Virus record (IMG/VR): IMGVR_UViG_3300012953_000225
Coordinates: 1 to 24,004 of that record
Reading direction: 5' to 3' (one strand)
Origin: a virus
Lineage: Duplodnaviria; Caudoviricetes
DNA: 24,004 nt
A model generated the notes under the pieces. That model was given only the letters and a program-made list of their open reading frames with translations, made no database searches and was not told the DNA's origin. Both the position numbers and the translations under genes were made by a program. Positions 18,001-24,004 of this stretch are shown piece by piece; position 1 is the first letter of the stretch; each line of letters begins with the position of its first letter.

Positions 18001-21000
18001 GAGTTAAAAAGAATTAATAAACTTTATGAAGACCTTACAAATCAAGATGTTTTAAATGAAGAATACATTGCTGAAATGTTTAGAATGTATCGTGATAATC
18101 CTGCAGATTTTCAAAGCAAACCTAAAACTACTATAGAAAAAATATTAAATTTCTTTGCTGGTTTTGTAGAAGCTATAACTGGTTCAGTTTTTCGTAGTCC
18201 TTTAAGAGTTTTAGAAGATATAAGAACAGGTACTATCGGAGCAAGAAGTAGAAATACACAACGTAGTTTACGGACAAGCAGAAGAATATATGGACAAGCA
18301 TTAGCTATAGCTGAAGCTAATCAAGCAGATGAACCTATTAATCCAGAAGATCAATTTGATGAAACTGTATTTGATGAGCCTGCTCAAATAAGAAGGGGTT
18401 TGGCTGCTCGAGACTTATTAGGAGAATCTGATTTAGAAAATGATGTGCTTGCTGCATTTAGAAGAACCAATGGCAGAATAACTGCAAAAGATTTTCAAGA
18501 TATATTTAAACGCTACAGTCCAAGAGGAACTGTACCACCCTTTAAAGATTTAAAAGAATTACAAAAAGATGTTCAAGATGCTTTGCGTATTGGTGTTGAT
18601 GCTAATTGGTATCAGCGTTGGTCTTTACAAGTACCGAATATCGTAGGTGCAGTAAATGTAAATGAATTTAGTGGTGTTTTTGGAATAACTTCTGAGCAGA
18701 CAACTCCAGAAAAAAACTTTCAGGATGCGTTGAATACGATGATTACTGCAAGAGAAATTAATCCTGATACTAATAGGAAAAAATTTATAGCCAAACTTAG
18801 TGAATTAAACGTAGGTAAAAGAAACAAAGACAGATTAAATCGTATTGCAGATTTATATAAAGATGGCATGTTTTTTAAAAAAGGCACAGGACAAAAAACT
18901 CTTTTGTATGCACAAACTATAGAGCAAGGAGCTTCTAATAGATTTGTACCCTTTGGTGTAATAGATATACACATGCTAAGAAAACTTGGCTTAATACCTG
19001 TAGGTAAAAAGTTAACTGCTGCACCTAATATTTCTTATCAAGTCGGTAATGCTATGTTAAAAGCATTGTCTAGTTTAGATTATATTGTTGATGGACAAGT
19101 AACACAGATACCTGATGTAAGTAAAATACAAGCATTGTTATGGGGTCATCAAAGATATACTGGCTCTACTAAAATTCACAATCAAGGCAGCTATGATGCT
19201 GCAGCAGCACAAAGCAAAACTCAAATAGCAAAAATAAAAGAGATGCAAAAAACTGGTAAGTGGAATACCAAGGCATCTTTCAATGACAAATTTTTATACA
19301 GTTCTAGATTTGTAAACAATAACAATACATTTGATACTGACACCAAACATAATTTTACTAATGCTATTTTAGGAGCAGGCACTAAAGTTGTTAATGAGTT
19401 TATGCCCGGCAGAGACAGAGGTTATATACCTACTACCTTAACCATACCGCAAGATATAAGAAATAAATTTTATTTTAAAACACTCAATGCTTTGTCTACT
19501 GGTAATCAACTTAACTTTTTAGCTGAGTTAGGAATACCACATCAAATAACTTTGAGTGCTGGTAGTTGGCAAGGCGAATGGAATCCTAATCTTTTATTAA
19601 GCTTGCCTATGACAGGTATGCCTACGCAAAGAGCTATAGCTAAATTAATTATGGATGCTACTTTGCAAGACAGTAATCTAATAATTAAACCATCTGCACA
19701 AGGTATAGCTAAAACAGGTATTTATTTAGAAAATGCAGACGGCAGAGATTTTTCTGAAGAACAGTTAACCGAAGTTTTAAACACAATAGATGCAAATGTG
19801 TCACAGACTGGTGGCACAAACTTTACTGTTATGCCACATAAAAATGTAAATGGTTTAACTTTTATTCATCCTAAGTCTTTTGAAGGTGAATTAACTAAAG
19901 AAGACGTAGATCAATTTCTTCAATTTTTTACTGAAAATTTTCCAGCACAAGGTTATACTATTAGTCCTTATGGACAAGAATCAGAATACTACGAGTATAA
20001 CGCAGGCGGAGCTAGAGGAGCTTTGCAAGAAATACAAAGTCAAGACACTGCCCTCGAACCATCCGATATACAAAGAGCAGCCATCCGTACTCTTTACCTC
20101 CCGTTCCAAAGAGTCTACGAAGACTTCGCAAAAGAAGTAGGCTTTACTGCTCGTACAGATAAAGCTTACGAACTACCTGATAGTGCAATCCAACCTTTAA
20201 ATGGTGCTGTTGATAAAGCAGAGATAGATGCTATCGTAGAAATAGATAGACAAGTAAGAAACACTAGACCAACTGCACGCCCTAGATTTAATAACAATGC
20301 TAGCGGTTTTGCTAAGAAAGTTGCTGTAGATTTTGAGCAAGGTAATTTAGATTACTTAGATATACCTACCTTTAAAAGATCAGATACTACTGTGCCACCC
20401 GGCTATGAAAAGTTATTTGAGGATATGAAAGCTACTACTCAAGAACCTAAAACTTTTTGGGAAAGCATATCAGAAAATGTTGAATGGACTGAAAGTGCTA
20501 GCAGATTCTTAACAAGACAGAGAGCTAAATATATTTTTGGTTACGCAGCAATAGAAAAAAATATAGGCAAAGGAGCTAAGACTTCTGCAAATATTGCTGA
20601 AGAAGAATCAAGAGCAAGAACTGGTGCAATTCAAGCTCTTTTATTATCAGATAAATCTAAAGGTATTTTTGGTGCAATGTTAAATCATGGTGTACCTACC
20701 TTAGACAAAGGAGTAGTAAGCGTAACAAAAGACAAACGCCTTTCACTTATAAATATATTTGGACCTTTAATTAATGAGATGAGAGAAACAGGTGTTGATC
20801 TGGAAAATGTTTTTAAGGTTTATGCTATTGCAACTAGAGGAGTTAGATTAGATGAAAAAGGTATTGAAATACCTATGACTCCTGAACAGATAGAAGAAGG
20901 CTTAGAACTAGGTAATCGCTATTCAATTGTTAAAGATACTTTTAATCTTTATCAAGAACAAAACGCCTACATAATTGATCTGTTAGTTGATTCAGGACTA

Positions 21001-23127
21001 GCTTCAAGAGAACCTAACTATACTGAGATTAGAAAAAGATTATTAGAATTAGGTATAGACAGAGCAAAAACTGCAGACAATGAAACGCTAATAGAACTAG
21101 CAACAGAAAGAAACAAAGTTTTAAAAACTGCAGACAAAATAGAACTCAGACCAACTGCAGAAGTATGGAAAGATAATGCAGACTATTATCCTTTCTATCG
21201 TGTTATGGCAGATGAATCTATTCAAGGTCCAAACATAGGAGCTGGTTCTCTTGGTGGTAACCCTTTAAATCAAAAACTAAAAGGAAGCAAAGAAGCATTA
21301 GAAGCCTCGCCTTTGTCAGTTATATTTAAGAATCAATTGGCTATAGTCAATGCTGCTATGAAGAACGATGCTCATAGAAAGTTAGTTAGAAACTATGTCA
21401 AATCAAATAGAGCAGAAGAGATAAGCTCTAAAGAAGCACAAGGTTCAGATGTCATACCTATTTATGTAAACGGAGTTAAAAGATTTTTTAGGGTTGAAGA
21501 CCCAGAGATGTTATATGGCTTAACAACTGCAGGCATCTTAAATGAAAATACAATAGTTCAATTTTTATCTATGCCCGCAACTATACTTCGAGAGACTGTC
21601 ACCCGAGACCCCGGATTTATAGCAGTAAATATGTTGCGTGATACCTTGTCAGCCTTTGTTACAAGTGGTGCTAACTTTACTCCTGTAATAGGAACAGTAA
21701 AAGGTTTTGCCGAAGACATGGAAAACTTAGAACGCTTTGGTATTTTAGGTGGCTATGATTATTCAGCCGATGCCTTGAGTGTAGAAAAATATGTCAAGCA
21801 ACAATTCAGATTAGCAGGAAAGGATGGTAGAGGAGCAATGAATCCTACTACTATGGCACTCAAGCTATGGGATTTTCTAGGCAAACAAACTTATAAGTCT
21901 GATGGTGCAACTAGACAAGCAGTTTACAAAGGAGTCTACGAACAAACAGGAGATGAAGTTGAAGCAGCTTTTCAGGCAGGAGAAATAATTAACTTCTCAA
22001 GACGAGGGAATGATCCGCTAGCAAGAGTAGTCTTCTCAGCTATTCCATTTTTAAATGCAAGAGTTCAAGGACTTGATGTCCTATACAGAAGTATGACTGG
22101 TAAATATTCTGCTAAATATCCCGGAGCGTCTGTCACCTCAAACAAGCAAATGCAGAATCAAATCATCAAAGGTTTTATCACCCGAGGTGGTTTCTTAACT
22201 TTATTGACAGCTCTTTACTACGCTTTAGTTAGTGACGATGACCAATACAAAGAACGCAGAAGGGAAGAACGAGATGATCATTGGATGATCTTCAGAGAAA
22301 AAGGACAAGAACCTCTTAAACTACCAGTACCTTTCGAGGTCGGTCTCCTGTTTAAGACTATCCCTGAAAGAATTATGGATACAGTTGTTGGTAGTTCGAC
22401 TACTGGCGACCTGACTAGCACCTTAAAAAGAGGAGCATCCAATACTTTACTAATTGACCCGCTAGGTTTTCAAGCGATCAAACCTTTTATGGAAGCTTAT
22501 GTAGATAACAAGAGTGGCTTTACTGGTAGTCCGATAGTGCCACAGTATATGGAAAGCGGTCTTGAACCCTTCCAACAAAGCAGAGAAACTACTAACGAAT
22601 TGGCTAGAATAATTGGTCGTACCTTTAATATCTCGCCAATCAAACTAGAGTATGTAATGAATGGCTATGGCGGTACATTAGGTGGCTATGTTCTAAGCCT
22701 CATAGATGCCTCTCTAAGGCAAATTACTGGGGAAGATTACATAACCCCTAGAATAGATCAGTTGCCTCTCCTAAAGCGTTTTATGGCTTCTCCGATTGGT
22801 GGCGGATTACAACAACAATTCTACGAACTCAGAGCCGAGAGCGATAAGGTGGTGGCGACTATCAATTCATTAAGAGAAGAACCGAAACGAGAAGATGCTT
22901 TGATTACCTACATGCGTAACAACGATGGCTTGATTAGAACCAGACAACAAGTGCTTGCGTTGGACAGATACATGACCTATTGGCGAGAGCGAAGAAAAAG
23001 AACTTTACTTGACGAAACTATTTCAGCCGAAGTCAAAAAAGATTTATTGCAAGAGTTGGAATTAGAAAGAAACTTGAGATTGATGTATTTACCTGAGTTG
23101 CGAGAAGAAGCCTACGCAACCCAGTAA
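15037..23127 (+). CDS. Giant ejected polyvalent protein (2696 aa) with HExxH metallopeptidase-like, HhH-GPD-like and C-terminal LPD38-like domains
   Basis: TAATG coupling. G/A-rich membrane-active N-terminal region. DHETIH at 17872-17889 with downstream EEYIAE. C-terminal INFSRRG..IPFLNARVQGLD..DDHW..KLPVPFEVG.LFK.IPER..FTGSPIVP..SPIKLEY...GY.GTLG, the pattern of LPD38 proteins. Confidence 0.8.
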   Translation: MQRINLPDGRFVEVPDDITREQAIDLQNLLASEYPDNYSPYQPDPETSLSGDALEVIKGVPRGLASTFLSAGEGINNLFDSGNDNDLGVYLRDLQQALNESSIGPSEGYEDRFSSKLGQGLGSFASFMIPGTLAAKTAGLAGKAAKVSETLTKAGKSTDQINKAVRKVYRPQTYSTLALAMPVGIAEQGRNIREAEALGEDVSGGQELFAEILGAGIGASEIFAPQRLLRSIDKATAARLRVPQRLVEALQTGGVEGLQEMTAGILQDVVSRGVYSDKLPIGDSALDDATVGGATGFIADLFLRGIAGRKSLGSQYEFEKETEARQQEDEARNKKKKLYETVENDNDIENLQVLTEEQAQPFVGPVNDNIIPEINETKENLIEDELDKLPVLEDLIVETQQKANVNTREFDTIFNLIGSETGQIFAQFNDFESAQQARQKIAEGISADFVDSLADQIADITGFKGNGTIRALGRKLHNPQYNTIDAKNIAINDSRISSSAKEQVKIQEEINKTKAEIEKEIQAIQLAGAGSVSPQTLKKLERLEEKIMSLSFVDYKQGKKRLVKQKRKDLPPLEQLYERADKLGIERKSSYTIKETKKLLKPEDFNNVISEKANIIYKADEKTGVIKSIQQDADRIDVSRKALQDTLSNKRIKTRINSPEFEYIAETLVGEKNFNKMNRGQKELLITRLKGLPIMSDLATGSFDALQKLPDMKPREYTAQDVRAFYRGIRNEPSARAVTDKDIDAFFNLRDKQLNKKQRDQFKKDLVESGRAIKVGNRVRLNPDFEKIQAQRSTPFFETEAEYLARLNKSGLPQETIKEKVAVQLLENKNKLAIPDVDPNNTESQISEEAREELLTRIDERLRGYGIANDVRIRIVNGIRSSRKLGLTSSGQPYFKAKTKDEETAEMEFDQNLTDLFIFSEKISKDIDGTPEQREQVIDNVLANIDHETIHALIKLDLITEAEYQNLLEFAITKLGSMNVTIDGETTTELKRINKLYEDLTNQDVLNEEYIAEMFRMYRDNPADFQSKPKTTIEKILNFFAGFVEAITGSVFRSPLRVLEDIRTGTIGARSRNTQRSLRTSRRIYGQALAIAEANQADEPINPEDQFDETVFDEPAQIRRGLAARDLLGESDLENDVLAAFRRTNGRITAKDFQDIFKRYSPRGTVPPFKDLKELQKDVQDALRIGVDANWYQRWSLQVPNIVGAVNVNEFSGVFGITSEQTTPEKNFQDALNTMITAREINPDTNRKKFIAKLSELNVGKRNKDRLNRIADLYKDGMFFKKGTGQKTLLYAQTIEQGASNRFVPFGVIDIHMLRKLGLIPVGKKLTAAPNISYQVGNAMLKALSSLDYIVDGQVTQIPDVSKIQALLWGHQRYTGSTKIHNQGSYDAAAAQSKTQIAKIKEMQKTGKWNTKASFNDKFLYSSRFVNNNNTFDTDTKHNFTNAILGAGTKVVNEFMPGRDRGYIPTTLTIPQDIRNKFYFKTLNALSTGNQLNFLAELGIPHQITLSAGSWQGEWNPNLLLSLPMTGMPTQRAIAKLIMDATLQDSNLIIKPSAQGIAKTGIYLENADGRDFSEEQLTEVLNTIDANVSQTGGTNFTVMPHKNVNGLTFIHPKSFEGELTKEDVDQFLQFFTENFPAQGYTISPYGQESEYYEYNAGGARGALQEIQSQDTALEPSDIQRAAIRTLYLPFQRVYEDFAKEVGFTARTDKAYELPDSAIQPLNGAVDKAEIDAIVEIDRQVRNTRPTARPRFNNNASGFAKKVAVDFEQGNLDYLDIPTFKRSDTTVPPGYEKLFEDMKATTQEPKTFWESISENVEWTESASRFLTRQRAKYIFGYAAIEKNIGKGAKTSANIAEEESRARTGAIQALLLSDKSKGIFGAMLNHGVPTLDKGVVSVTKDKRLSLINIFGPLINEMRETGVDLENVFKVYAIATRGVRLDEKGIEIPMTPEQIEEGLELGNRYSIVKDTFNLYQEQNAYIIDLLVDSGLASREPNYTEIRKRLLELGIDRAKTADNETLIELATERNKVLKTADKIELRPTAEVWKDNADYYPFYRVMADESIQGPNIGAGSLGGNPLNQKLKGSKEALEASPLSVIFKNQLAIVNAAMKNDAHRKLVRNYVKSNRAEEISSKEAQGSDVIPIYVNGVKRFFRVEDPEMLYGLTTAGILNENTIVQFLSMPATILRETVTRDPGFIAVNMLRDTLSAFVTSGANFTPVIGTVKGFAEDMENLERFGILGGYDYSADALSVEKYVKQQFRLAGKDGRGAMNPTTMALKLWDFLGKQTYKSDGATRQAVYKGVYEQTGDEVEAAFQAGEIINFSRRGNDPLARVVFSAIPFLNARVQGLDVLYRSMTGKYSAKYPGASVTSNKQMQNQIIKGFITRGGFLTLLTALYYALVSDDDQYKERRREERDDHWMIFREKGQEPLKLPVPFEVGLLFKTIPERIMDTVVGSSTTGDLTSTLKRGASNTLLIDPLGFQAIKPFMEAYVDNKSGFTGSPIVPQYMESGLEPFQQSRETTNELARIIGRTFNISPIKLEYVMNGYGGTLGGYVLSLIDASLRQITGEDYITPRIDQLPLLKRFMASPIGGGLQQQFYELRAESDKVVATINSLREEPKREDALITYMRNNDGLIRTRQQVLALDRYMTYWRERRKRTLLDETISAEVKKDLLQELELERNLRLMYLPELREEAYATQ
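19931..19959 (+). promoter_or_regulatory. Candidate internal sigma70-type promoter for the nested ORF
   Basis: CTGAAA (19931-19936), a 17-nt spacer, and TATACT (19954-19959), ending 10 nt upstream of ATG 19970. The AT-rich background raises the false-positive risk. Confidence 0.4.
19970..20140 (+). CDS. Nested overprinted small ORF (+1 frame within the giant gene), 56 aa
   Basis: ATG 19970 to TAG 20138-20140: MDKNQNTTSITQAELEELCKKYKVKTLPSNHPIYKEQPSVLFTSRSKESTKTSQKK. It coincides with an abrupt shift to C-ending codons in the main frame. Confidence 0.55.
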   Translation: MDKNQNTTSITQAELEELCKKYKVKTLPSNHPIYKEQPSVLFTSRSKESTKTSQKK

Positions 23128-23156
23128 GAACCTGTGACTGGTAAATATTTTTAGAA

Positions 23157-23180
23157 CCAGCGAGTTGGCTGGAAATTTTT
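23157..23180 (+). terminator. Weak candidate intrinsic terminator between convergent transcription units
   Basis: CCAGC-gagttg-GCTGG hairpin followed by AAATTTTT, in the 58-nt gap between convergent genes. An outer AACCTG/CAGGTT inverted pair lies at 23129 and 23181. Confidence 0.35.
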
Positions 23181-23185
23181 CAGGT

Positions 23186-23530
23186 TTATAAACCGCTTGC
23201 TTCTAGCCTAGTAATTATCTTCTCTTCTTTCAAAGGCTTGACTGAAAAGAAGTCTTTGTACTCAGGATGTTTCACATGAAACAATCTGGCATAGAAACAG
23301 ATGTAGTCGTTACTAATCTTAAACTCGCCACCTTGGGTTTCTACTTCAGCGTTCCATCTAATCCTATTTATGATCGCCCATTGGCTATACTTCTTACGAC
23401 CAGAGTTGATTGCTTGGAAGGTGTACTCCTCAAACTTTTGCCAGACATGAGGGTTAGCTTTGTGCCATGCCCACCATTTCTCTTTGCGTTCTTGTAGTTC
23501 TTCTTGCAGTTGCTCTTTTAACATACTCAT
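23186..23530 (-). CDS. Conserved phage hypothetical protein (possibly DNA-binding)
   Basis: WHKANPHVWQKFEEYT...GRKKYS.WAIINRIRW...FKISNDY..FYARLF pattern, familiar from small phage proteins. ATGA overlap with the upstream gene. Confidence 0.75.
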   Translation of the reverse strand: MSMLKEQLQEELQERKEKWWAWHKANPHVWQKFEEYTFQAINSGRKKYSQWAIINRIRWNAEVETQGGEFKISNDYICFYARLFHVKHPEYKDFFSVKPLKEEKIITRLEASGL

Positions 23531-23907
23531 ATCTTTCTCCTACATTTTTCAACACAGAGTTCGGTTTCAGTTTTTTCTACTATCCAAACAACATAGTTGC
23601 CTTGGTAATTTCTCTTTAGGCTGATTCTATAATTAAAAAAATTGTCTGCTGAAACTTTGTTTATACGAGTTCTAAATTGCATGATTGTATTTACAACACG
23701 AGATTGTAGCCATTCTTCTTTAGGAATTTCGACCAAACCCAACCTGATAAGATTACCATTGCTAGGTTTAGGTTTGTATTTTTTTAAGAATGCTATGATC
23801 TTTTTTTCGTTGGTTAAATCTATTTCTAGATTCAGATATTTTTCTTTTCTTTTGACAAAATCAAAACCTTGTTTAAAGTCTAGGTAGACTAATTCGTAAT
23901 TGCTCAT
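23527..23907 (-). CDS. Hypothetical basic protein
   Basis: 126-aa ORF with GGAGG RBS (complement of 23914-23918) and translational coupling on both sides. Confidence 0.7.
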   Translation of the reverse strand: MSNYELVYLDFKQGFDFVKRKEKYLNLEIDLTNEKKIIAFLKKYKPKPSNGNLIRLGLVEIPKEEWLQSRVVNTIMQFRTRINKVSADNFFNYRISLKRNYQGNYVVWIVEKTETELCVEKCRRKI

Positions 23908-23908
23908 A

Positions 23909-24004
23909 TCATTCCTCCATACCTAAGTTTTTTTTGATGTTAGCTAAAATCTTTTCGTTCAGGCTACCCCCATCTCTAAATTTTGTCGGGGTCTGTGACG
24001 CAGA
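23909..24004 (-). CDS. 3' end of a - strand gene, partial
   Basis: Open frame from the window edge reads SASQTPTKFRDGGSLNEKILANIKKNLGMEE*, with its stop 1 nt before the next ATG. Confidence 0.55.
   Translation of the reverse strand, partial: SASQTPTKFRDGGSLNEKILANIKKNLGMEE

Noticed and set aside
551-18974. Numerous - strand ORFs of 60-170 aa (e.g. 551-859, 1690-2043, 4374-4886, 5900-6208, 11022-11357, 18720-18974)
   Set aside because: All are antisense shadows of well-supported + strand genes, show S/L/I/F-biased composition and carry no recognisable motif.
23267-23887. + strand ORFs 23267-23497 and 23642-23887
   Set aside because: Antisense to two coupled - strand genes that have better RBS and protein-like sequence.
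1-24004. CRISPR arrays, tRNA, rRNA or structured ncRNA
   Set aside because: The window is almost entirely coding, with the longest intergenic gap 58 nt. No spaced direct repeats or cloverleaf signatures were seen.

Overview
AT-rich segment of a tailed (podovirus-like) phage genome. The host is probably a Gram-negative, likely aquatic bacterium, judged from the two-component spanins and outer-membrane lipoproteins. Positions 1-23127 form one tightly coupled + strand late operon: tail/fibre genes, a lysis region, a P22 gp10-like tail protein, and a block of ejected internal virion proteins ending in a 2696-aa polyvalent protein. That protein carries an HExxH metallopeptidase-like motif, an HhH-GPD-like segment and a C-terminal LPD38-like domain. 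Convergent - strand small genes start after 23186. The main unusual element lies between the holin-like genes and the spanin/endolysin genes: a ~4.7 kb cassette of csgF, csgG, a secreted curlin-like repeat protein, a FecR-domain protein and a CHASE2 class III adenylate cyclase with intact catalytic motifs. This is a curli-type secretion pore linked to a trans-envelope cAMP signalling chain. A second signal is a 56-codon ORF (19970-20140) overprinted in the +1 frame inside the giant gene, with its own sigma70-like promoter and a local codon-usage shift. All family assignments come from motif recognition by eye; no searches were run.
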